A stretch of DNA of 64,000 nucleotides, from contig NC_045704.1 in assembly GCF_009834535.1 (NCBI RefSeq), forward strand, positions 15,438,001 to 15,502,000. Reading direction: 5' to 3'. The notes beneath the pieces are model-generated. The model saw only the letters and a list, made by a program, of their open reading frames with translations. It was not told the origin of the DNA and did not search any database. Position 1 is the first letter of the stretch, and the number at the start of each line of letters is the position of its first letter. The translations under genes and the position numbers were made by a program. This document shows positions 16,401 to 27,540 of the stretch, one piece after another. This stretch comes from Camelus ferus (taxonomy: Eukaryota).

Positions 16401-19400
16401 NNNNNNNNNNNNNNNNNNNNNNNNNNNNNNNNNNNNNNNNNNNNNNNNNNNNNNNGGGAGGCAAAAGCCAGGGAGGGGAGGAGACCCCCTGAGGTCGACC
16501 AGCAGGGTAGCTGGGGGAGGAAGGCGCGCCGGGCAGGGCAGGGGACAGGGTCGGGGCTCACCCCAGCCGACGAGCATGTAGCAACGGAAGTGGCCCTCCT
16601 CGGAGCCTCCCACAAGGACCAGGAGGCTGTGCAGGTAAATGCCCTCCACCAGCAGCCACGTATAGTTGGCGCCCACGCAGTACTGGGTCATGACCTGGGC
16701 TGTGCGACAGGCAGCTAGGGCCTGGGGGGCGGCCAAACAGAGGGGACGACAGTCAGGGCTCCCTACACCCCCATCTCTTGTCATCTCTTGACAACAGATA
16801 TTCCCCTCCCACTCTATATCACCAAAGGATGGCATATGTGGCTGGTTTCTCTCACCCTACTCTCTTCCCTTATGTGAACTCTCTCACTCTAACCTCTTTA
16901 GCAATTGGTATCTTACATCTTGCAATCAGAGTTCTCCCCAGATCTCCCCAAATACAGCCTCTCCCACCCCATCTCCTTCTAAGAATTCCACTCAACTACT
17001 CCACCTCTCAAAAGGATTCCCTCTCACCCCTTGGCAATTGGTATGGCCCACTGGCTACTGAATAGTTTTTCTCCCCTCTGTCCCTAGACTCTAGTCTCTC
17101 CCACCTTGTCTCCCAGGAACAAATTGCTCTGGACCAAATCCCCCCACCAGTTAGTTTCTCCTATCCCATCACTGCCTCACCTCACCTCTAGCAGGGACTC
17201 ACTGGTGGGAAAGGGTGAGATAAGGAGGGAAAGGGAATGGAAAATTCCAATAGAGGTGGTGAAGGGGTAGGAGTGTGCAATGATGGGGGAGGCTGAGTTG
17301 GGAGGGTCCCTCTCCAAATGTGTTGGAAGGGTCAAGAGCGATAAACTGTTGAGAGTGTACAAGGTAGTAAGTGGGTTGGGAAACTTCTGGCCCCACCAGA
17401 GGAAGCAGAATACCAATTTGAGAAAAAGAGGGCTGACACTTACCTGATTCCACAGGAGAGGGGCCTGATCCCCAGGATAGGGGCCAGTTGGAGGAAGCAG
17501 ACGGTCTCGGGTGAGGATGGCTGTTGCCCGCAGCATGAAAGATGTGAACAGGTTGATATGGATGTAGTTGCGAGTGCAGCGCAGCCGCCTGGGGGATTTG
17601 GAGGCAGTCTAGGGGCCTGTCCTTGGCCACATAGAACCCTTTAATCCACCTTCCAGCCCTTCCCACAAAACCACCAATGAATGCTCGTCCTGACTACCCC
17701 CACCTTACTGGGAAAACTGAAGCCCAGTCTCTGCTACCCCTGCTCAGGGGTGGGGGGTCCCACCTGAAGAAACTCAAGATGAGCAAGGCGAACAGCAGTG
17801 TGGCAAAGGACAGGGAGTAGCCCACAGTATACACAACCTGCAGCCGTTCCAAGATCAGCCTTTGGTCCTGAGTGGGGGGCAGGGGAACAGGGGAACACAG
17901 CTCAGCTCTTCCCCTAGGGCCACAAAGACATCTGCACTTTGTTCCTAACCAGCACCCCAATTTTCTCTTGAGGATCTACCTACGCTTGTTTGAGTGGGGG
18001 ACTCCACCCCTCAACTTCAGGGCTGGTCCTGTGACCAGCCAAAGCATTCTATCTAACACTCCCCCACCCCTACAAACGCACACATACAAACACACATACA
18101 CAGTGATTAGTACAGGGCAGGTATATGACCCAAACCAGGCCAATGAGAGTCAATCCTAGGACATTATGTTGGAGCTATTGAGAGCAAAGCTCAGTCTTCC
18201 TATGTGTTGCTTGGTTGGCGGAATGTAAGCCTGGTACTAATGGGGGCCATTTTTCCACCCGCAGAAAAGAGGAGACCGTCACAGAAAAAAACAGAGGCAC
18301 AATATGGTGAGAGAGATTCCCAACCACATCATTTTAGCACCTAGATCCAGCTGTGCCTGAAGCTGCAGCCTTATACTTTTCAATCACAGAAGCCAATATA
18401 TTCCTTTTTCTTTCTCCTTCAAGCAAATTTGAGTTGACTTTCTATCACTTGGAACCCAGAGTCCTGAACAGTACAAGGGGTGTCAGGTTTGGTCTGAGGC
18501 TGCTGCCTTTTTGCCTCTGCCTGGACACTCTACCCTGAATCCCTCACCTCTTACCTGAAAAGCCCCATTCTTCTCTGGGTTCTCGCACTGAGAATGGTCT
18601 CTCCAAGGTCCCCATTGGCCATCACTGCCACACTGGCGGAGGACGAAGCCTGCAGCCACTGTGGGGAAACAAGGGAGCAGATCAGAGGCACAGAAAAAGA
18701 GAGAGATGGAGACAGAAAGACAAATTGTGAGACAAAGGCAGAGAGAGAGAGCCAAAGTGATGTTGTTGATGATGATAAACCCTTATATAGCATTTTACAC
18801 GTATTAGTTAATTTAATATTCACAACAAGCCTATGAACTTGGTACTATTATAAACGTCATTTTTCAAGTGAGGAAAATGAGGCATAAAGAAATAAACTAC
18901 CCTAGGCCACACAGCTAGTTAGTCCCGACAAGGAAGACCAAGGTATGCAGGGACAGACTCATGAAATGGAGAGAAAATAAGAACCCAGTGGTCCTCAGAG
19001 AGATACAGAGGCAGAGAAGGAGCATTATGTGGTGACTTAGCCAGGGTGGACAGACAGGAGACACCCAGCCAGACAAAGAGGAGCAGGGGACAAAGAGGAG
19101 CAGGAGAGCTGCGGGGGATTTGTGTCAGGGGAGGCTCCGGGTTCACGGGGCAGCTCACCCTGGCGGTGCCAGGGCAGGTACCACGGGCAGGACGCACGGG
19201 CGGTGGCATTGGGTGCGGTGTAGTCCCAGCAGACGTACATATCGAAGGACCCGTTACAGGCGAGGCCTGGGGTGGGTGTAGGGGCCAGATGTCAGGTGGA
19301 TCACGAGTCCAATGCTTCTCCGCCTTCCACACACACGTCCTGCCCAAGCCCCGCCCACTTGGTGTGGTCCAGTCCCTGCTCCGCCACAGCTCCTCCCACC

Positions 19401-20361
19401 AGACCCAAAAGTCCCACCCATCTTCTGAGCCCTACACTGGGCTCCTCCCACCAAGCAAGTTCCCACTGCAGATGCTTTCCACTCTGCGAGGCACTTCACC
19501 GTCCACTTTAGGTCCCACCCACCTAGTGTAGACCCTTCCCAAGACCCTTCCCCTTTCAAGCTTCATCCCAGGCCTCTCCCACTAATCCGGTCACGCCCAC
19601 CTGCACTAAGGTCTGGGCCCTTCCCACTGAGATCAAGCCCCACACAGACCTCTCCCACCCAGTATACATCTAGCCCAAACTTCCCTTTCAGGTCCCGGCC
19701 ATCAGTCCTAGACCTGCCTCAAGCCCACGCTTCTCAGCCCCAGCCTGTACCATGCCCCGAGTCCTCCACCCCTGTCACACCTGCTGGGGGCTCCATGGCC
19801 TCCAGGGTCTCCTGGCACTCCCTGCGGTAACGTTCCCAGCGCTGGTACAGCTCCCCCGCCGTCTGTCCTTCAGAACCTGCCTATAAAAAAGAGAAGGGAG
19901 GACCCCCCGACCGACCCACCCCCTTCCCAGGCAGCTTGGTTCCGGAGGACCAGAAGCAAACTAGAGGAACTCAGAGGGGCTGTTGTGTTTTGCTCAGGAG
20001 TCTTGGGTGGCTTAGAAACCTCTTCTAAGTCCCGAGTGATGCCTAGAAACCACCAGGGGAGTTGCTGTGTGGGACTGAAAACCTTCAGGAAAATTAGGGG
20101 ACGAAGGTGGCTAGAAATTATCAGAAAGATTTGTCGGGGGAACGAAGAGGGGCTGGAAAAAAAGAATCAAAACTCGAATCTGGGCGAACAGGGAGGTTTT
20201 TAAATAATCTTCCCAGTAGGGTAAGACTTAAAGCCATCCCCAGACCTCCCTTCAAGCCTTAACTCCTTGGCTTCTCAGGTTCTCACCTCCGCCCTCCGGA
20301 GCAGCGGCCCCCACGGAGAGAGCAGCAGTAGCAGCCGCCAGGGTGGGCAGTTCAGCGTCAT
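13463..20361 (-). CDS. GIPR: Gastric inhibitory polypeptide receptor (class B GPCR), ~468 aa; exon 9 hidden in N gap
   Basis: Coding exons: 20361-20287 ([25 protein letters not shown] signal peptide), 19880-19781, 19266-19159 ([15 protein letters not shown]...CPWYLPW), 18658-18555, 17867-17764, 17588-17444 ([14 protein letters not shown]), 16721-16562 ([14 protein letters not shown]), [exon 9 in gap 16284-16455], 15956-15887, 15766-15678, 15585-15447 ([19 protein letters not shown]), 13806-13765, 13672-13463 (ends VLESYC*). All visible junctions are GT-AG. Confidence 0.97.
16284..16455. other. Assembly gap (172 N) covering GIPR exon 9
   Basis: Exon 8 ends in phase 1 and exon 10 starts in phase 2, so a 3n+1 exon is required (61 nt in human, recalled). 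Confidence 0.95.
18100..18476 (+). mobile_element. MLT1-family LTR fragment in GIPR intron 5
   Basis: ATGACCCAAACCAGGCCAATGAG...CCTAGATCCAGCTGTGCCTGAAGC...ACTTGGAACCCAGAGTCCTGAAC, typical of MLT1J/K-like 3' ends. Confidence 0.65.
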
Positions 20362-21417
20362 GTGGGCCGCGGGGCATGGGGGTGGTGAAGGGTCGGGTCA
20401 CGAAGGGGCAGTCCAACCTGCGGAGTCCGAGGGCAGAGTCAGGAGCCTCTGCCCTCAAGCCCCCAGCCCCAGCGCCACACTGGTAACGTATTCAGGTACG
20501 CAGACTCGGAGGCAGTGCATCCAGCCCCCCCCCCCCGACCCACCCCTCCCCAGGAGTGATGATTTGGGGAGGGGGGCAGGGGAGAGGCGCGAGGAGTAGG
20601 GGAGGCTGAGATCTAACACGTAATTCCTGGGCCCACCCCTGGCTGTTGCCGGGGCAGCAGCGGTGAAAAGGGGGTGTTTGCTGAGGGTGCTGTTGCCTTA
20701 GAGCTGCGCTGGGCGGAAGCGCCAGTGTCACCCGGGGTCTAGACCTAGAGACTCGGAGGAACCTGGGGACCGCCTGGGAGTGGAGGGCTTGAAATGTTTC
20801 TTGGAGTTCCCACTGTCCCAGCCCAAAGGGTTTTCAAATTGCTGATAGGAACCGACCTTATCAAACTTTCCCCACAGTGGATAAAGCCCAGAGTCAATGG
20901 GCCAATCCTCTCCTTAGGGACTAGAGAGGCGTCAGACCCTGGGTTTAGGTCCGCAAGGGCCCAGATGCCTGGAAATCGGTCTAACTCCCAACACCCCACA
21001 GCCGGCACCATGTAGGGAAAGGGGGAAGCAGGGAGGATTTTGGACAGAGCCTCAGAAAGACACAGTCAGAGTCGCATGAGACAGAAATATTGACTGAGAG
21101 ACACAGAGACAGGCAGAGTGAGACACACAGCAAGAGACAGAAACCAAATACAGAGAAAGACAGACAAAAATGTGGGCTAGGAGACAGACACAGAGACTCA
21201 GAGAATGGGGGAAAGAGAGGCTCGGAGCTCTCTAGAGGCTAAACAGAGACTGTGAGACGTGAAGACAGAGATACCAAGGGACAGAGAGAAGGAGGCTAGA
21301 GACCATGAGTTCAGAGAGACAGAGAGACAAAAGCAGTCTAAGAAACAGAAAGAGGGACCCAGAGACTTGAAGGGACACAGGGGCAGAGGGAACAGGCTGG
21401 GACTGGGGAACCCTCAC

Positions 21418-21500
21418 CTGTCCCCAGCCCTCCTCTTGATCACTTGCTGCGCTGCTGCTGCGTCTGCTGCTGCCTCCACTGCTCGCCTGGGCTCTGGAAG
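21418..21500 (-). other. GIPR: GIPR non-coding exon 1 (5' boundary approximate)
   Basis: Ends ...GCAAGTGATCAAGAGGAGGGCTGGGGACAG|GTGAGG on the minus strand and resembles the human GIPR 5'UTR as recalled. Splices to the exon 2 acceptor at 20417. Confidence 0.75.
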
Positions 21501-21650
21501 AGGTGACAGCCTAGGGCGGGGGGGGGGGGGGGGGGGGGGGCCAGGGCCGCGCGGAGCTCTGGGGCTGAGACCTGGAGAAGGGGGCCGGTCTGTGCAACGA
21601 CCACAGCCACTCAGGGTCACGTGGGAGAGCGGTCACAGAGGCAATCATCC
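21501..21650 (-). promoter_or_regulatory. GIPR proximal promoter (TATA-less, G-rich)
   Basis: GC box followed by a G23 run (21518-21540), and GGTCACGTGG E-box at 21615-21624, directly upstream of exon 1. Confidence 0.55.
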
Positions 21651-24600
21651 TGAGGACCCCAGGGTGCACAGTCTCCCACATTGCCCCACCCACCCAGCCA
21701 CCGTACACAGAGCCACAGTCACAAAGTCACACATGCAGTATCACACACAGTCCCCTATGCTGAGCCACAGGGTAGCCCAGCACAGAATCCCCCACACTGT
21801 TCTTCCTGGTCACTTACAGTTGTCCAATCCACAGTCACACCCAGAGAGCCAAAGGCCATCACCCACAGGTTGGCAGTCATCCATAGTGACACAGCCACAG
21901 GCTCGGGGCCTGGGCCCCCCCACTCACACAGGAGCACAGCCACAGCTTCCCACAGTCCTGATGACACTGTGTCAGACACATATCACACCATCACTAGGTC
22001 ACATCACAAACACCGTCTGTCTGCCCTCCACAGGCCTGTGTGCCCCGGGGGGTCAGGGACAGGGCATCTCCATCACCACTGGGTCCCCAGCATCACTTGG
22101 CAGAGGTTTAGGCATAGAGCAGAAGAGGAAAGAATGATTGTGGATGAAATAAATGCACACGGTTACTTGGTTCCTCACATAGTCGTGGGATCCTTTCATC
22201 TCACACGCTTCATATAATCCCCTACAGAGCCCACAGTTACATCCCAACAACACATGTTCCCCAACTGTCACTAAGGCACACACTCTTACAAGCTCCTGGT
22301 GTCACCTTGTCATGCTTGTCAGCCTCAGATGGTCACACCCAGTGCTGAGGTCATACAGTCAATCCTCCATCACAGCCTCACTCGCATACACATACAATCA
22401 CACACACATCACACACCGAGATGCCACCATCCCACAGTAACACACAGTCACTCAGTTGTGCGCAGGATCACACACCGTCACCCCACAATCACACACGAAC
22501 CCACAGCCTCGCATGGTCTCACGGTCACAGTCGCCACTGAATCACACACCTCCTCACCAGCTCCACTTGCAGGCTCATCTTTGTCCTAAAATATGGGAAA
22601 TATCTGTACACGAGTGAGGAAGCCTTAGAAACTGGGTCCCGGCTCTCAGCACTCTTCCCCATTTAATGCAAACCACCAATTCCTGCACATTCATCATACT
22701 ATTAACATTCATGACCACACACTTCCCAGGGAGCTGTAAGATAAATGGGACAGAGGTGAGCCTGCCCATTTTGCAGAGGAGAAACTGAGGCCCAGAGACC
22801 CCAGGAGGGGCAAGGAGTAAGGGATGGCGTGAGATCCAGCACCAGAAGCTGGAAGGCGACAGTCTGGGGGAGGGGAGTGACATGGGGGATGGGGGTGATC
22901 CTGGCTTCCTGACTTCCAGTTGGCCTCCCTGCTCTCTGCCCCACATTCCTGGCGCCCTCTGGGTCCTGGGAAAGGCTCATCCGTGGAGTGGAGAAGAGAG
23001 CGGTCTGAGATTGCCCAGTACCTCGGGAAGAGAGGGAGTCTCTCCTTGGCCCCAAGAGGGCCTGGGGGGCGTCACTTGCTAGGGATGGGAAGGTGGAGAG
23101 AGGCTGGATAGTGGGGGGAGGAGAGAGACTGGGGGTGGGAGGGGGAAACAGGGGAGAGGAACAAACTGAGGTGGTGAGAGAGACGGGAAAAGAAACCAAG
23201 GACCAAGAAAGAGCAGAGACAGATGGAGACAGGAAGAGGCAGAGATGAGAGAGACCAAGAGAGACAGACAGAAATAAATCAAACGAGACAGAAAACTAGA
23301 GAGAGGGAATAGATACAAATTGAGAGATGGAGATGGGAAGGGGTGGAGGGAGAGACAGCCTGAAATATGAGGCCCTGAGGAGAGACAACCAAGGCCAGGA
23401 GCTGTGGAGAAGAGCAGGCAGCTGGGGCTCAGAGCCCCTGGTCCCTCCCTCATCCCCCCCCCCAACTCCAGGAGAACACACAGCAGAACAGGGCACTGAT
23501 GGGGGTGGGCATGGAGGACAGGAGGGGCGATGCCTAGGTCTCTGACTGGCCCCCTGCCCATCTCAGCCCTTCTGGTGGTGATGGGGGGCTGTTACAGTCT
23601 CCCAGGGTCTGGGGAAGGGGCAGCAGGGCTACAGGGGTAGCCACATGGGCCCTCCCCAATTCCCATTCTCAGGACTTCTGGAAACTTCACGCAGAGAGGC
23701 AGCTGTGCCCTCTGCCCCTGCCCTTAGCTCTGTCATCCATCTTTCTCCACACGACCTTCTCGCTCTTTGGTCCCAGTCTCTCCTTTCCTCCAAGCCTGCA
23801 TTCAGTTTGTTCCTCTTCCTCTCTTGTTGGCTGGGTGGTCTTTTCTCTGTCTCTTCCTTCCTGGTTTCATTCTGCCCCTTCTTCATTTCTCTTGCTTTCT
23901 CCATTCTCTGGGTTGGTCTTTTTGCCTGTCTTGAAGCTTTCTCCTTTTTCTTCCCTCTTTTCCCATCTCCTCTCACAGTGTCTGCCTGTCTCTCCATGCT
24001 CTCCATGCTCTCCGTGGACCCTAATCCTGGGTCTCCAGGCTGAAATTCCCTCCACCCCAGCCATGACCAGGCAGTCCCCCCTACCTCAGGATGCAGTGGC
24101 TGGGAGGAAGCTGGGGGGCCTGTGCCTCCCTCCATGGGGCTGCCCGGCCAAGATGAGCCTGCAGGGAGCAGGCGGGGGCCTGGAGTGCCAGCAGATGGTG
24201 CAGGAGAAATGAGGCAGAGAGAGATGGGGGGGGGGGGCCCATAGGGACTGAGACCAGAAATAGGAGGCTGAGATGGCCCCCTGAGATTCAGAACTGAGGA
24301 GAAACAGGCCTTAAAGAGACTCCAAGAGAGAGAGAAAGACACACACACACACAGATAGGATCCAGAAAATGACAGGAATCCAGAGACAGAGATCCAGAGA
24401 TGGGGGCCTAGAGAGACCAACACAAAAAACATGGGATCCAAGAGACAGACAGAGACAAAGAAAGACATGAGACCGAGAGAGAAACAGAGATATGGAGAAA
24501 CAGAGAGATGGGGACACAAAGAGAGCGAGAGTAAAAGGACAGAGACTCAGAGACAGGTATCCAGAAAGAGAATCAGAGATAGAGGTCCAGAGAGAGAGAG

Positions 24601-27497
24601 AGAGACTTGGAAAGCAGATTGATGGGGATGGAGATAAACTCTCTCCAAGACACAATTAGGCAGAGATGAGGCAGAGATGATGCCTGGCTCCCCTCTCCCA
24701 CTTCCTGGAGGGGCGATGCTCCCCCTGCCCCTGCTCCCACCACGCCTGCCCCCCGCCCCCCCCCCCCCGCAGCACGTCTCCATAGCAACCTTCCCAGATC
24801 CTGAGGGCAAATATTGTCCTGGGCAGAAGCAGCGGGGCTGTGTTGACTTAATCTCTTGCTGGTGGGGTGGGGTTCCAGGGGACCAAGAGGCCAGAATGGG
24901 GGGGGGGGGCAGAGGACCAGAGGAGCTCTCAGCTGGGGGCCCACAGACAGCTCCAACCTCCCCCCACATCCAAATCAGGGTGCAAACTTCCCTTCCCCCC
25001 GAGGGACCCGCTGAGAGATTCAAACCTGTAGCCTTGGCTGCCCCCTGGTGGTGGTGGGCCAGTTCTGAAGCCCCTTTTCTAGCATCAAGGAGAGCAGGCT
25101 GGCTTAGGGCATTTTCCTCCAGATTTTTAGAATGTGGCCCCTCCTTCCTCTCCCCCAGACCCTGCTCTGGTCCAGGACCCTTCTCTCCCCTTTCTGCTGC
25201 CCCAGTAGTGCCCCTCTCTTTTCTGTCCACCCCTTAACCTCCCCAGGGCAGCCAGGAAATGAGAGTGGTCCTGCTAAAGCAAAAACCCCTGTCCCTCCCC
25301 CGCTTGGAACCTGCCATGGCTCCACAGTGCTCTGAAGAGAAAGCTCAGGCTCCTCTCCACAGCCTTCCAGGCTTTCGCTGAGCTCTCCAGCCTTCTCTCT
25401 ATCATTCTGCAACTCTTCAAACTCTTTCCAGCCCTCCCAACCTTGGTTCCAGCAGTTTTCTCTGCCTCAAATACCTCCACCCAACTTTTGCTGAGTCTTC
25501 CAAGCCCGCCTCAAAGTTAGCTCATCCATTCACTCAACAAGTAATGATTTCCTCTCCTGGACTGTGAGTCCAGCAGGGCAGGGCTGGGGCTGTCTCAGTC
25601 ACCGCTGTGTCCCCAGCATCACCCAACACTGGTTTGACACAGCTGGGTTCAATTCATGTTCCTGGGTGCATGTTACGCATCAGGTCCTGGGCTTAGCAGT
25701 GCTGGGGGCCCGGATGGCTGAGGCAGTCCTTGCCCTGCCCTCATGGTGCTCCCAGCCTAGGCAAAGATCTAAGCAGAGAGACAGACTAACAGAAGAAGTA
25801 GAAAGAGAAACATAAAGGAAGAGTCAGAAAGACAGAATTAAAAAGAGGCTGAGAAAAAAACAGACTCCAAAATCAGAAGTAGTAATAGTAGTACTATGAC
25901 TAATTAATCAGAATAATAGGGACTATATATGGGACATTTTACATGTATGCGTCTCACTTAATCCTCATAATAGGCCTGCAGCAGTGGAGGTATTTGCAGC
26001 TCCATTTTTCAGATGAAGAAACTGAGGCTCAGAGAGGGGAATGACTTGCTCAAAGTGACCTAGCTCATAAGTGATAGATCAAGGACCCAATTTCCAGTCA
26101 GAGAGGTACAGAGCGACAGAGACAGAGACAAGGGAGAAAAGCAGCAGGAAATCTAGATGAGAGAGAAGGAAACCTAAGGGCAGAGAGAAAAGACAAAGCA
26201 TGGCTATGACCCCTGCCCCCGCCCCCCTGGCAGAGCTGCCCCCTCCCCACTCCCATCACCCGGGGCCTTTAACATCTCCCTGCGAAAGCACTTGTGGTAA
26301 AACTACCTCCATTAGCTGTACTCGGAAGCCTGTAGCACTCAACAGGCACAAGCTCACTGAGCTGCTCTTCTCCCCTGGGAAGGGGGTGGTGGGATGACTC
26401 CCATTTGGCAGAGAAGAAAAAGCCAAACTATTGGGCCAAGGTCACTGTGCTTGCACAGATCCTGACAACTCGAAGGCAAGGACTGACTCATCTTTGTGTG
26501 TCAGCCTCACTCACACCCCCCACCCCCAAACCCACCAGCCCAAACTCCTCTGCCTGTGGTTTCTTCATCCACACCCCAGCTCCACTCTCCTCCCCCAGCA
26601 CTTGGGGATCACAGGATCTGAGCTCCCCTGGGCTCCCACAGTCCTCTGGGGACACTCTGGTAACAGCCCTAGCATATTGCATCGGGCTGCTCACAGTTCT
26701 GTATGTAGGAGTCTGACTTCTCCTCTCCTAGCATCTGAGCTCAGGGGAGTGGAGGGTGGGAGAAATGGGAGTTTGAGAGGCAAGGAATCTGGGTTCCTGC
26801 TTTGTTTCTATTATTAACACAATTAACTGGGATCATAAAATGATAATGGCCCACATCTATTTTGGTCATCACTTTGAATGCATTATTGATTTTACATAGT
26901 AGGTGTTCACTGGGAAATGAATAGGAGTTGCTATCATTTATGTGTACCTACTGTGTGCTTTACATGTGTGATTTACTTATGTGGCCTGATTGGGGCTCAT
27001 GGAGTGATTTACACATGTGTGTTTACATATGTGCCCTCACTGGGGCTCATGGAGGATACAGGGACAAACTGCCAACATCTTCCGACAACCTTCTAGCTCC
27101 TACAAGATCTGTTGGTCCTATTACCTCCCTGACCTCATCTCCCTCCTACTCTTTTTTTCCTCCCCTGCTCCATCCTCATCAGTCTTCTTGTTGCCCAAGA
27201 ATATGCCAAACTCATACCTACCTCTGGACCTTTGCACTTACTGTTCCCTCTGCCTGGAAAGCTACCTCCAGCCCTCACTCCATGAGTGATTGCTTCCTTC
27301 TTGTCATTCACATCTCAGCTCAAATGTCACTTCCTCAGAAAGACCTTCCCTGGCCCCACTGTCTCTAAATCAGCCTCATCCTCCGGTCCTTGATCATATC
27401 ACTCTGTCTTATCTCCCTAACCACAGGATCTGAAATTATCTTAGGAGCTCTGTCCCCGTTTCTTCATCTGGAAAATGGTGATGAAAACCGGGCTTGA

Positions 27498-27540
27498 AAA
27501 GAAAAAAGGCAACAACAACAACAACAACAACAACAACAAA
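27498..27540 (+). repeat. (AAC)9 microsatellite within an A-rich insert flanked by 15-bp direct repeats
   Basis: GAAAACCGGGCTTGA (27483-27497) / GAAAACTGGGCTTGA (27541-27555). Confidence 0.85.

Noticed and set aside
17279-17400. A functional MIR642 gene
   Set aside because: Only one arm is present and I see no complementary arm to form a precursor.
21259-22137. 292-aa plus-strand ORF antisense to GIPR exon 1/promoter
   Set aside because: Built from GA-rich, poly-G and CACAG low-complexity tracts; no domain, splice logic or codon structure.
23629-25237. Long ORFs of 296, 227 and 186 aa between GIPR and EML2
   Set aside because: Translations of GA/CT microsatellite-like and GC-rich DNA; no recognisable protein. 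Only the small spliced candidate is kept, as a speculative finding.
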